From: Candidatus Anstonellales archaeon
GTDB taxonomy: Archaea > Micrarchaeota > Micrarchaeia > Anstonellales > J096
Direction of reading: 5' to 3'
Length of the DNA: 64,000 bases
NCBI GenBank assembly: GCA_038896535.1
Contig: JAWACY010000001.1
Location: 96,001 to 160,000, forward strand
The notes under the pieces are model-generated. The model worked only from the letters and a program-made list of their open reading frames with translations. It was not told the DNA's origin and made no database searches. Below are positions 49,256-59,062 of the stretch, one piece after another. Position numbers and translations under genes: made by a program. The stretch's first letter is position 1; the number at the start of each line of letters is the position of its first letter.

Positions 49256-50279
49256 TATATCTCCTTTACTTGATGAAATAAGGCATGAAAGAGAAATCTA
49301 TTATTTTTCAAAAAAGACTATTGCATTTGATGCTTATAATACAATATATCAATTTTTAGCATCAATAAGGCAACCAGATGGCACACCTTTAATGGATTTG
49401 AAGGGAAATGTAACAAGTCATTTATCTGGTTTATTTTATAGGACAATTAAAATTATTTCTGCTGGTATAAAACCAATATATGTATTTGATGGCAAGCCAC
49501 CAAAATTTAAATTAGCCATAGTAGAAAGGGAAAGGGCAAAAATGCAAGCAAAGGCACTGCTTGAAAAGGCAAAAGAATATGAAGAGCAGGAGCAGGAATT
49601 ATTATATGCTAAAGAATCATTAAAACTAACAAAAGATATGGTTAAAGAAAGTATAGATTTGCTTACTGCCCTTGGTGTTTATTGCATCACTGCTCCATCA
49701 GAAGGAGAGGCACAAGCTGCTTATATGACAAAAACTGGCAAAGTTGATTACTCAGCAAGTCAAGATTATGATTCTTTGTTGTTTGGTTCTATTGCCCTTG
49801 TCAGAAATTTATCAATAAGTGAGAGGAGAAAAATGCCAAGGAGGGATGAATACATAACAGTAAAACCAGAAGAAATCATTTTAGAGGAGGTATTAAATAA
49901 GCTAGGCATAAACAGAGGGCAATTAATACTAATAGGCATGCTTGTTGGCAGCGATTTCAATGAAGGCATAAAGGGCATAGGCCCAAAAACTGCACTTAAA
50001 ATTGTCAAAGAATATAAAACAAAGGAAAAGGCTTTTAATTATATAAAAGAGCATTATGGAAAGGAAATAGAAAATGCAGAAGAGATATATGAATTTTTCA
50101 ATAACCCGCCAGTAAGAGATTTTGAAATAAAAGACATTGAGATGAATGAAAATAAAATATATTCCCTGCTTGTTGATGAGCATGATTTCTCAGAAGAAAG
50201 AATAAAGAATGCATTGCAAGAATTAAAAGAAGCAAAAGAAAAAGAAAGGCAAAGGTCAATAAAAGAATGGTTTAAATAA
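49245..50279 (+). CDS. fen: Flap endonuclease 1
   Basis: MGV, YQFLASIRQPDG, SHLSG, APSEGEAQ, SQDYD, GIGPKTA, C-terminal PIP box Q.SI.EWF. Confidence 0.97.
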   Translation: MGVNISPLLDEIRHEREIYYFSKKTIAFDAYNTIYQFLASIRQPDGTPLMDLKGNVTSHLSGLFYRTIKIISAGIKPIYVFDGKPPKFKLAIVERERAKMQAKALLEKAKEYEEQEQELLYAKESLKLTKDMVKESIDLLTALGVYCITAPSEGEAQAAYMTKTGKVDYSASQDYDSLLFGSIALVRNLSISERRKMPRRDEYITVKPEEIILEEVLNKLGINRGQLILIGMLVGSDFNEGIKGIGPKTALKIVKEYKTKEKAFNYIKEHYGKEIENAEEIYEFFNNPPVRDFEIKDIEMNENKIYSLLVDEHDFSEERIKNALQELKEAKEKERQRSIKEWFK

Positions 50280-50304
50280 AAAATAAAATACTGATTAATA
50301 AAAA

Positions 50305-50832
50305 TCAGCCAACAAAAACAAAGAAATTAAATGGATTAAGCAAATCCATAATTATTGATACACCTTGCCTTATAATGAAGCCAATAGCTATTAATATTGC
50401 TGCCAATGTTATTGCAACTGCCACATTGCCTTTTTTCAATTGCTCAAATTTCTTCATGCCATGGCTTAATGCATCTATTAAATGCAGGGCAATATACAAT
50501 ACCAAGGCAGATATTATTATCGTTATTACCAAAGCCAATAAGTCAAAAACAAAGAATATTAAGACTGCAATTGAAAGTTTATCTATTATATTAGCTATAT
50601 CGAGTGATAATTTTCCTAATGATGGCTCTATTATAAGTGAAACAGTAAATATAAAAGCAGCTAGGTATATTGAAACTGCTATATTGCCCTTTGCTATTTC
50701 TTTCCATTCATCTATCCCTTTTGTCAAATAATCGAAGAACCTTATTGCAAAATAAACTGCTGCAACTGAAAACAGCAATGAAAGCACTATCTTTAAAACT
50801 GACAAAACAAGGGCTAAAACAAAAAATGTCAT
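50305..50832 (-). CDS. DUF350-domain membrane protein
   Basis: Repeated EI.KGN.AV motif. Confidence 0.75.
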   Translation of the reverse strand: MTFFVLALVLSVLKIVLSLLFSVAAVYFAIRFFDYLTKGIDEWKEIAKGNIAVSIYLAAFIFTVSLIIEPSLGKLSLDIANIIDKLSIAVLIFFVFDLLALVITIIISALVLYIALHLIDALSHGMKKFEQLKKGNVAVAITLAAILIAIGFIIRQGVSIIMDLLNPFNFFVFVG

Positions 50833-51054
50833 TTTTCCACCTTATAGAGATTTAATAGTTATATTTTTAAAGCTTATTATTGTTCATTTAAATCTTATTA
50901 TTGCTTGGTTTTGACTTTTATTATATAAATAAACCATTTGTTGCAATCATTTCAATCATTTGTTGCATAAATTAAAGAAGTTTTAAAAAATTATGCTAGG
51001 ACTTATAACCTTATAACATTATAAATAATAAAACATAAAAATAAACATAACATC

Positions 51055-51142
51055 GCCCGGGTGGCAGAGCGGCCATGCGGCCGGCTGCAGCTCCAGAAAA
51101 AGTAGAAACCGGCATAGGGGGGTTCGACTCCCTCCCCGGGCT
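51055..51142 (+). tRNA. tRNA-Cys (GCA) with a 17-nt intron at 37/38 (51091-51107)
   Basis: GCCCGGG/CCCGGGC acceptor; GCCGG-CT-GCA-G[intron]A-CCGGC; CTGC/GTAG central helix. Confidence 0.9.
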
Positions 51143-51211
51143 TAAAAATCATATATTTAATAAATCATATATTTGCCATTGCTAAATTGAATTTGCTATG
51201 GTTTTAGGCCA

Positions 51212-52612
51212 TTATAAATATCTTATTTTAGTCTCATTTCCTTCATCATATATTTCTATATCAATATCCTTTAATTTTTTCCTTATCTCATCGCTCAATT
51301 CATAAAATCCTTTTTGCCTTAGAACAGACCTTAAATTTATTATCATATCAACAAGTTTCTTTTCCCTCTCTTTATTATAAAGCTTATCAAATTTAATGCC
51401 TGTTATGAAGCTGAATTCTCTGAAAAACAGCATACAAATTTCTGCTGTTGTTCTGTCAATATAATTTATGTTTGCATTTATTAATTTCAAAAATGCATAA
51501 AAATGACTTAAGGCTGTTGGGGTATTTAAGTTATCTTCTAATGATTTTATGAATTCCCTCCTTATATTTATTATTTCCTTTCTTATTCTTGCTACTTCCT
51601 TGTATTTTTTCATTGTTGTTTCATCTTGTTTTATTGCATTTATTATTGTTTCAATGCTTTTATATGCTTCTTCTATATTTCTCATGTTTGCCTCAGCCAG
51701 CTTCATGTTTTTTTCATCAAAATCTATTGGCGAATTTATTGAAGATGTGATGAAAAAAAGCCTCATGACATTTGGGCTATATTTTGATAAAGCATCTTTT
51801 ATTGTTATATAATTGCCCAAACTCTTGCTCATTTTTTGTCCATTTATTGTTAAAGGTCCTGTATGCACCCATATTTTAGCAAACTGCTTTCCTGTAAGAG
51901 CCTCTGATTGAGCTATTTCATTCTCATGATGTGGAAATATTAAATCTCTCCCCCCGCCATGTATTGTCAACGTTCCTTTTGCATATTTTAATGCCATTGC
52001 ACTGCATTCTATATGCCATCCAGGCCTGCCATTGCCAAATTCACTATGCCAGCATGGCCTTTCATCTGTTTTCTTCCATAGAGCAAAATCTGCCTCATGT
52101 TTTTTTGTTTCATCTGGTTCTATTCTATGCTTTTTTATTTCCTCCATTGATTGGGATGAGAGTTTTCCATAATTATTAAACTTGCTGACAGAAAAATAAA
52201 CTCCAGTTTTTGTCTCATATGCAATGCCTTTTTCAACAAGTGCCTTTATGATTTTTATCATATCGCCTATATGCTCTGTTGCTTTTGGATAAACATCTGC
52301 TCTTAATATATTAAGTTTATCAAACAATTCCATTGCTTCATCATTAAAGGCATGTGCCATTTTTATTGGCTCTTGGCCAGTTTCCTTTGCCTTCTTTAAT
52401 ATTTTATCATCAACATCAGTTACATTTTGTATATGGAAAACATTCATGCCTGAAAAAATAAGAAATCTCTTAAGCACATCAAATAATACATATGTCCTTG
52501 CATGGCCTATATGAGCATGGTCATATGGGGTTATGCCACAAACATAAAGTTTTACGTTTTTGCCTACTTTTTTGAGGGTTCTTGAATAAGAATCATATAA
52601 CATTATTGCCAT
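51212..52612 (-). CDS. cysS: Cysteinyl-tRNA synthetase
   Basis: YVCGITPY..HIGH, GRPGWHIECS, FPHHENE, KMSKS. Confidence 0.97.
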   Translation of the reverse strand: MAIMLYDSYSRTLKKVGKNVKLYVCGITPYDHAHIGHARTYVLFDVLKRFLIFSGMNVFHIQNVTDVDDKILKKAKETGQEPIKMAHAFNDEAMELFDKLNILRADVYPKATEHIGDMIKIIKALVEKGIAYETKTGVYFSVSKFNNYGKLSSQSMEEIKKHRIEPDETKKHEADFALWKKTDERPCWHSEFGNGRPGWHIECSAMALKYAKGTLTIHGGGRDLIFPHHENEIAQSEALTGKQFAKIWVHTGPLTINGQKMSKSLGNYITIKDALSKYSPNVMRLFFITSSINSPIDFDEKNMKLAEANMRNIEEAYKSIETIINAIKQDETTMKKYKEVARIRKEIINIRREFIKSLEDNLNTPTALSHFYAFLKLINANINYIDRTTAEICMLFFREFSFITGIKFDKLYNKEREKKLVDMIINLRSVLRQKGFYELSDEIRKKLKDIDIEIYDEGNETKIRYL

Positions 52613-52660
52613 GATATATTGATATAATAACATTTTAAACACTTTCTTGTAAAATATCGT

Positions 52661-54550
52661 ATGCGCTTATTATTTTTACATGCAGATAGTATATATGTAA
52701 AACCAACTCAAAAAGCATTGCCAGATGCAGAAGACAAAGCAGAGCAAATAAGAGCAAATGAGCCTTTAGTTGTTTTTATTGCAGTAGAAGAAAATGACGA
52801 AAATATAGAAGAAAGGGTAGTAAATGAAATAATTGATGTAGTAAATAAAGTAAAGGCAAAAAATGTTGTTTTATACCCATATGTACATTTAACATCAAAA
52901 CCAGCAAAACCAAGGAAAGCATTTGATATATTAAAAAATATAGAAAAAATGCTTGCAAAAAATATAGAGGTAAAAAGAGCTCCTTTTGGTTGGTATAAGG
53001 CATTTACAATAAGCGTTAAGGGACATCCACTAAGTGAATTAAGTAAAGAAATAAGTAGTGAAAAAACGATGATTAAGGAAGGGCATATAAAAGAGGGAAA
53101 GGCAAGTGTTGAGCAAGAAGAAGTATCGCAATCTCTCCAACAAGAGAGCAAGGTTAAGAGCTCATTTTACATATTAGATAATGATAAAAAATTAATTAGC
53201 ATTAATGAATTCAATTTTAAAAGTCATGCTGGACTTAAAAAGCTTGTTGATTATGAAATAAAAAAATCAAGGGCATATGAAAAAGAGCCACCACACATTA
53301 AAATAATGCAAGAGCATGAGTTTGTAGATTATGAGCCTGGCAGTGATCCAGGGAATTTTAGATATTACCCAAAAGGGAGGTTAATAAAAAAGATATTGGA
53401 GAAATATATAAGTGATATATGCATATCTTATGGAGCAAATGAGGTAGAAACGCCAATAATGTATGATTTTCAACATCCTGCATTGAAGAAATATTTACAT
53501 AGATTTCCAGCAAGGCAGTATTTATTATTAAGTGATGAAAAGAAATATTTCCTGAGATTTGCTGCTTGTTTTGGCCAGTTTTTAATAGCTCATGATGCAA
53601 CAATAAGCTATAAGCATTTGCCATTTAAAATTTATGAATTAACAAGATATAGTTTTAGAAGGGAGCAAAGTGGAGAATTGGCAGGGCTTAAAAGGCTCAG
53701 GGCCTTTACTATGCCAGATATGCATACAATTGTAAAAGACATGGAAATGGCAAAACAAGAGTTTAAAAATCAGCTTAATGTTTGTATATCATTCTTAAAA
53801 AGTGTAGGGCTTTTTGATTATACTGAAGTTGCTTTTAGGGCAGAGGAAAACTTTTTTAATGAAAATAGAGATTGGTATAATGAACTTGTTGATATAATAG
53901 GCAAGCCAATAATGATAGAATTATTTAATGAAAGATATGCATATTTCATAACGAAATTTGAATTTAATTTTATTGATTCCATGGATAAAGCCAGTGCACT
54001 TAGCACTGTGCAGATAGATGTTGAGAATGCTGAAAGATTTGATATATCATTTAATGATGAAAATGGAAAGAAAAAAAGGCCATTTATTTTACATGCTTCA
54101 TTTAGTGGGGCTGTTGAAAGGGTTATATATGCTATACTAGAAAAGCAAGCAATGATAATGCAAAAAAATGGAAAGGCAAATTTGCCTTTATGGCTTGCTC
54201 CAATACAAGTTAGAGTTATACCGATCAATAATAGTTATAATGACATAGCAATAGAAATAGCAAAAAAACTTGCAGATAATATGATAAGGGTTGATGTAGA
54301 TGATAGGGATGATACGTTAAACAATAAAATAAGGCTTGCGCAAAGGGAGTGGATACCATATATTATTGTTATTGGTGAGAAGGAGAAGCAAAATAAAACA
54401 ATATCTGTTAATGTAAGAGAAAAAGATGAGAAAAGAGATATGAGATTAAATGAGCTTATAGATGAGATAAATGGACAACTAATGATAAAGGAAAGGCTTA
54501 ATATGCCAATGTTAATGAGCAAAAGGCCGATATTTAGGCAAGTACTTTAA
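52661..54550 (+). CDS. thrS: Threonyl-tRNA synthetase, archaeal type
   Basis: N-terminal editing domain (YPYVHL, PFGWYK, KGHPLSELS), LRFAAC, FTMPDMH, LHAS. Confidence 0.96.
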   Translation: MRLLFLHADSIYVKPTQKALPDAEDKAEQIRANEPLVVFIAVEENDENIEERVVNEIIDVVNKVKAKNVVLYPYVHLTSKPAKPRKAFDILKNIEKMLAKNIEVKRAPFGWYKAFTISVKGHPLSELSKEISSEKTMIKEGHIKEGKASVEQEEVSQSLQQESKVKSSFYILDNDKKLISINEFNFKSHAGLKKLVDYEIKKSRAYEKEPPHIKIMQEHEFVDYEPGSDPGNFRYYPKGRLIKKILEKYISDICISYGANEVETPIMYDFQHPALKKYLHRFPARQYLLLSDEKKYFLRFAACFGQFLIAHDATISYKHLPFKIYELTRYSFRREQSGELAGLKRLRAFTMPDMHTIVKDMEMAKQEFKNQLNVCISFLKSVGLFDYTEVAFRAEENFFNENRDWYNELVDIIGKPIMIELFNERYAYFITKFEFNFIDSMDKASALSTVQIDVENAERFDISFNDENGKKKRPFILHASFSGAVERVIYAILEKQAMIMQKNGKANLPLWLAPIQVRVIPINNSYNDIAIEIAKKLADNMIRVDVDDRDDTLNNKIRLAQREWIPYIIVIGEKEKQNKTISVNVREKDEKRDMRLNELIDEINGQLMIKERLNMPMLMSKRPIFRQVL

Positions 54551-54561
54551 TTTGTGATATA

Positions 54562-54810
54562 ATGCTTTTTATAAAAGAAAAACCTGCTTCTGTAATGCTT
54601 GCATTAAGGCAACATCAAAGACTTTATTTATCAGAGCTAGCAAAAAAATCGAATGTGACATTTGCATATATAAAAAAATTCATCCCTCTGCTTGAACAAT
54701 TAGGCATTGTAACAATATCAAAGGAAAGAAAAAAAACTTATGTTGCATTAACTGAGAAAGGAAAAGAGATAGCAAAATTGTTATATGAATTATCGATACA
54801 AAACGCTTAG
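54562..54810 (+). CDS. Winged-helix DNA-binding protein
   Basis: SELAKK....LEQLGIV....LTEKG. Confidence 0.8.
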   Translation: MLFIKEKPASVMLALRQHQRLYLSELAKKSNVTFAYIKKFIPLLEQLGIVTISKERKKTYVALTEKGKEIAKLLYELSIQNA

Positions 54811-54832
54811 GAAATGATTATGAAATTCTATA

Positions 54833-55519
54833 TTAATCAATTAATGAGAAAACATCTTTTTGGGTCTCATATACCTCCCCCCTCTCAGCCATTAACCTCA
54901 AAGTAACAATAACTGCTGTTGGGTCAATTTTTAATAGAGATGCAATTTCTTGATAGTGTAAAGGCTTTTTCAATATCTTTCTTATAGTTTTTGATGTCTG
55001 TTCAAAAAATGTTTTTTTGGCTATATAAACTTTATTATCAAAATGCTTCAAGGCAAGATACATGTTTGGGCTTGAGCTTATCACATTTTTTGCTTCCTGC
55101 TCTTCTAATATTGCATAATTTACATCTAAAATGCTAACATGTTCTTTTTGCTTTTGATATTCTTGTTTCATTTTTTCATATTTTTGCTTTTTTAAATCAT
55201 TAAAAATACTTTTTGATATTGCAATGTGCATCTTCCCTTTTCCTTTAGCTATGAATACCTTGCCCTCTTTTATTAAATCATTCAATATTGCCTTTTCTTT
55301 TTCACTGAGTTTTATATTCTTTATTTCTCTTTCATCATATGTCATGTTATAAAGCTTAAGCAACAATTTACTTTTCTCCTCATCTGAAATACTTTTATCA
55401 TCTTTAACATCCGCTTTTTTTCCTTCTATTATTATCAACAACCCAGGCTTTATCTCATATATCTCATCTTCTTTATCAAGCTCAATTATGATCTTTCCCT
55501 GCTTATTTAATTTCATCAT
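54833..55519 (-). CDS. Hypothetical protein with winged-helix-like segments
   Basis: C-terminal EIASLL....LRLMAERGEVYE; ATG at 55519. Confidence 0.55.
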   Translation of the reverse strand: MMKLNKQGKIIIELDKEDEIYEIKPGLLIIIEGKKADVKDDKSISDEEKSKLLLKLYNMTYDEREIKNIKLSEKEKAILNDLIKEGKVFIAKGKGKMHIAISKSIFNDLKKQKYEKMKQEYQKQKEHVSILDVNYAILEEQEAKNVISSSPNMYLALKHFDNKVYIAKKTFFEQTSKTIRKILKKPLHYQEIASLLKIDPTAVIVTLRLMAERGEVYETQKDVFSLID

Positions 55520-55567
55520 AATATATGTTTGTTTAATGTTTATAAATAAATATCTGCATATAAAAAC

Positions 55568-56089
55568 ATGGCCGGAATGAAAAATAATAAATTGCAAGCT
55601 AACAATTTATCAATTAGTGCTGTAAAACTACCATTACCAGATAATACAAATGTTATAATAGGGAAGACACACTTCATAAAAAGTGTAGAAGATATTTATG
55701 AAGCAGTTATACAAAGTGTGCCAGGCATAAAGTTTGGGCTTGCATTTAATGAAGCGAGTGGGGATAGGCTTATTAGATATGAAGGCAATGATGATGAGCT
55801 AATAAAAACAGCGTTAGAAGCTGCTAAGATGTGTGCATGCGGGCATACTTTCTATATTTACATAAAAAATGCTTGGCCAATAAACATTATAGACAGAATA
55901 AGGGCTGTGCCAGAAGTAATAGAAATTGTTGCCTGCACTGCTAATCCAATATACGCAATAATAGCAGAGAATGAACAAGGCAGGGGCATAATAGGGGTAA
56001 TTGATGGTTTCCCGCCTTTAGGCATTGAAAGCAAGGAGAAAAAACAGGAAAGGCATAACTTTTTAAGAAAAATAGGATATAAGATATAA
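55568..56089 (+). CDS. Adenosine-specific kinase family (DUF355)
   Basis: HFIKSVED, AFNEASG, CGH.F, TANP, GVIDG. Confidence 0.9.
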   Translation: MAGMKNNKLQANNLSISAVKLPLPDNTNVIIGKTHFIKSVEDIYEAVIQSVPGIKFGLAFNEASGDRLIRYEGNDDELIKTALEAAKMCACGHTFYIYIKNAWPINIIDRIRAVPEVIEIVACTANPIYAIIAENEQGRGIIGVIDGFPPLGIESKEKKQERHNFLRKIGYKI

Positions 56090-56090
56090 C

Positions 56091-56429
56091 ATGGCAGAAA
56101 CAATATTTAAAGGTCCAAGAAGAGGGACTTTTACAGAAGAAGAGGAAGAAGAGCTTGCAAAGAGCAGGGGCAAGGCAGTAGCTGACTTTAACAGGTTTAT
56201 AAAAGAAAACAAAGAAGAAATAGAAAAGCTAAAAAAGGAATTTCCACAAGCAACAAAAGCAGGAATAAAGGACTTGGTTTTTCTATTATGGCTACTCGAC
56301 ATAACAAGAACAGAAGAGAAAAAAACAATATTCTCAAAGGCAAGGGGATTGTTGAGAACACTGTTTGTTTCAGGATGGGTTGGTATGCTATCAGCATTTA
56401 AAATTGCTGGAGATGTGCTTAAAAAATGA
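56091..56429 (+). CDS. Hypothetical protein
   Basis: Tightly packed operon member. Confidence 0.6.
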   Translation: MAETIFKGPRRGTFTEEEEEELAKSRGKAVADFNRFIKENKEEIEKLKKEFPQATKAGIKDLVFLLWLLDITRTEEKKTIFSKARGLLRTLFVSGWVGMLSAFKIAGDVLKK

Positions 56430-56896
56430 TTGTAGAAGGCATTGGAATTGCAATAATATTTTTTATTGCTGGCTATTTAACAGACAAAATAGATTTCATA
56501 ATTGATGATTTAAAAAAAATGCCAAATCTTGGCTTGCAACTACTATTCCTTTTATTTGTAGGAATAACTGCAGTTATTGGTTATTATTATTTTCCATCTC
56601 TTTACATAGGCGTTGTAATTGGGCTTATGTTATCTGGAAAAGTTGATAAATTAATATTTGTCATTGCAGCTCTGTTTTTTATACCATACATATTCCTTAA
56701 TATTGATTATAAAATAGCTGCAATGTTTGGCCTTGCCTCTTTTTTAGATGAAAAGCCATTATTCAGCAAAACAAGACCTTTTTTAAAAATATTGAGCATA
56801 GGATATGGGCTTTTTTATAACCCCCTAGTTATTGCTGCTTTTGGAGCTTTTGATTTGGGCTATGAATATAATACACATAAAATAAATAAAAAATAA
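56426..56896 (+). CDS. Hypothetical membrane protein
   Basis: ATGA overlap with the upstream gene; several TMs; GKVD, FLDE, FDLGY. Confidence 0.65.
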   Translation: MIVEGIGIAIIFFIAGYLTDKIDFIIDDLKKMPNLGLQLLFLLFVGITAVIGYYYFPSLYIGVVIGLMLSGKVDKLIFVIAALFFIPYIFLNIDYKIAAMFGLASFLDEKPLFSKTRPFLKILSIGYGLFYNPLVIAAFGAFDLGYEYNTHKINKK

Positions 56897-56961
56897 AGGA
56901 AATTGAGAGTAAGAAGGAAATTAATCATAATTAGAAATGATCAAAAATAAATGCTCAAATA

Positions 56962-57033
56962 GCCCTAGTAGCTCAGCGGAAGAGCGTTCGCCTCGTAAGC
57001 GAAAGGTCGGGGGTTCAAATCCCCCCTAGGGCT
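56962..57033 (+). tRNA. tRNA-Thr (CGT)
   Basis: GCCCTAG/CTAGGGC acceptor, TTCGC-CT-CGT-AA-GCGAA, GGGGGTTCAAATCCCCC. Confidence 0.95.
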
Positions 57034-57037
57034 CTTG

Positions 57038-57435
57038 GTAAGAAGGCAAATTAACTTATACACACGCCTTCTTACAAACATCCCGCCCCTATTATACGCT
57101 TGTGGAAGAAGGCGCTAACCCTTATACACACGCCTTCTTACAATCTTCCAGGTAAGAAGGCAAATTAACTTATACACATGCCTTCTTACAATCTTCCAAC
57201 CCCTATTATTCCCTGTGGTAAGAAGGCAAATTGACTGATAAACATGCCTTCTTACAAACATCCCACCCCTATTATTCCCTGTGGTAAGAAGGCGCTAACC
57301 CTTATACACACGCCTTCTTACAATCTTCCAGGTAAGAAGGCAAATTGACTGATAAACATGCCTTCTTACAAACATCCCACCCCTATTATTCCCTGTGGTA
57401 AGAAGGCGCTAACCCTTATACACACGCCTTCTTAC
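57038..57435 (+). repeat. tRNA-Thr-linked array of 7 palindromic 38-bp units
   Basis: Units start at 57038, 57104, 57152, 57218, 57284, 57332, 57398; linkers 28, 10, 28, 28, 10, 28 bp. Confidence 0.95.
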
Positions 57436-57645
57436 AAATATACAACTACTATTATCACCTCGATTTATTATAAACACGGCCAGAGTTGAGGATTAATAAT
57501 ATAAGCAAATAGTCAAAGAAAAGATAGAAATTATGGCCTTAACTATTTTGATATTATTTTAAGCGCCTGCTTTCTGCCCTTCAAGTCAGAGAAAAAATAA
57601 AAAAGAAAAAATTTTAGCCTTAGTCAGCAATATTTTAAACTGCTA

Positions 57646-58107
57646 TTATGGACATACAACTCTTAAAGGTGTTGTGCCAACTATTGTGTAATTCACTGTA
57701 CTTGGTGGGTAACCATATGTCAAAACCATTTGGAACTCTTTTAATTGCCCTGAATCTGCTGCTGCGCAAACTGTTGATGTAAAGTTCACATTAACATCTG
57801 CCGTATTTCCGGCAGTTATGTTTTTTGGCAATCCTGCGCTGTTTGCTGTTCCATCTAAGCTTACTGCTCTTAATTCTATTTTCTTAACATCTTTGTTTTG
57901 TATGCTCATTGTCAAGTTATTTGTGCCAACTGGAGAATAAGCAACTATGCCCAATGGAACTTGTCCACTCCAATAGCCCTTACTCTGATCAACCAAGCTC
58001 TTTGTACCAAATCCAGAGAAGTTTCCTAACAAGAAAATCACTAACAAAGCTACAACTAATACTGCTGCAAAGATTACTAAATACTCTGTAGAACCTTGTC
58101 CTTTCAT
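57646..58107 (-). CDS. Type IV pilin with class III signal peptide (candidate major pilin)
   Basis: MKG|QGSTEYL followed by a hydrophobic helix; GGTGA SD before ATG 58107. Confidence 0.85.
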   Translation of the reverse strand: MKGQGSTEYLVIFAAVLVVALLVIFLLGNFSGFGTKSLVDQSKGYWSGQVPLGIVAYSPVGTNNLTMSIQNKDVKKIELRAVSLDGTANSAGLPKNITAGNTADVNVNFTSTVCAAADSGQLKEFQMVLTYGYPPSTVNYTIVGTTPLRVVCP

Positions 58108-58273
58108 ACTCTCACCCATGAAAGAAAATTATAGTAAACATTTAAAAATTTTTTCATTTTTGGTATAAAAAAAATAAATAAATGCTTATTATATTCCAGC
58201 AAGCATAACCTTTAACAACTCTTATAGTTTGATAAAAAGGAAAAGTTTAAATATAAATTTGCGGTATTTAAAC

Positions 58274-59062
58274 ATGCAAAAAAAGAAGAAAAAAAAGGAA
58301 GCAACATTAGAAGAAAAAGTAAAAAGCCTAGAAAGCCTTAAGGAGTTATTCAAACCTTCTTTAAAACTTCCAAATGTAAAAAGAGTAAAAAGCTATTTAT
58401 CTGGATTGGATGAAATGCTTTATGGAGGCCTTGTCGATGGATCAACAATAATTGTTGTTGGTGGCCCTGGAAGTGGAAAAACCATAATGATGCTTCAATA
58501 TTGTTATGCTGCTGCTATGAATGGAGAAAAAGCCCTGTTCATATCGACAAATGAACCAATAAGTAAACTAAAAAAACATGCTGAGCTATTCGGCTGGAAA
58601 GACAATAAAAATGTTAAATTTCTATTTTACAGTCCATATGAGATAAAAGAAATTATAAAAGAGGGAGGGACATCTTTACTTGATTTAATAACTAGTGAGG
58701 GCATAACAAAAATTGCACTTGACTCATTGACTGCTATAAAAATATCATTTAATACACAGCAAGAAGAAAATGAATTTATATACAAATTTTTCGACTTATT
58801 CTATAGAATGCCAGTAACATCAATATTGACAATGGAGAAAACTGATAATGAATCTTTTACAAGATGGGAGTTTATGGCTGATGGAATAATAAAACTTAGA
58901 GTCTATGCTCTTGAGGATTATAGAATTAGGGGCTTAGAAATAATAAAGATGAGGGACACACCATTTTACGAGCATCTTGTTCCATATTATATTACTTCAA
59001 AAGGCATACAGATTTTGCCACAAGGAAGGGTATTCAGGCCAAAGGAGGAAATACTTTTATGA
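58274..59062 (+). CDS. KaiC/FlaH-like ATPase heading the pilus operon
   Basis: GLDEMLYGG, GGPGSGKT, ALDS, ADGII, IIKMR. Confidence 0.85.
   Translation: MQKKKKKKEATLEEKVKSLESLKELFKPSLKLPNVKRVKSYLSGLDEMLYGGLVDGSTIIVVGGPGSGKTIMMLQYCYAAAMNGEKALFISTNEPISKLKKHAELFGWKDNKNVKFLFYSPYEIKEIIKEGGTSLLDLITSEGITKIALDSLTAIKISFNTQQEENEFIYKFFDLFYRMPVTSILTMEKTDNESFTRWEFMADGIIKLRVYALEDYRIRGLEIIKMRDTPFYEHLVPYYITSKGIQILPQGRVFRPKEEILL

Noticed and set aside
57038..57435. CRISPR array interpretation of the repeats
   Set aside because: The would-be spacers are short, related to each other and reused; there is no leader, and no cas genes in the window.
57038..57435. TIGR-type guide array
   Set aside because: No conserved loop repeat between the 9-nt halves, no box C/D-like motifs, low loop diversity, and no Nop-domain gene nearby.
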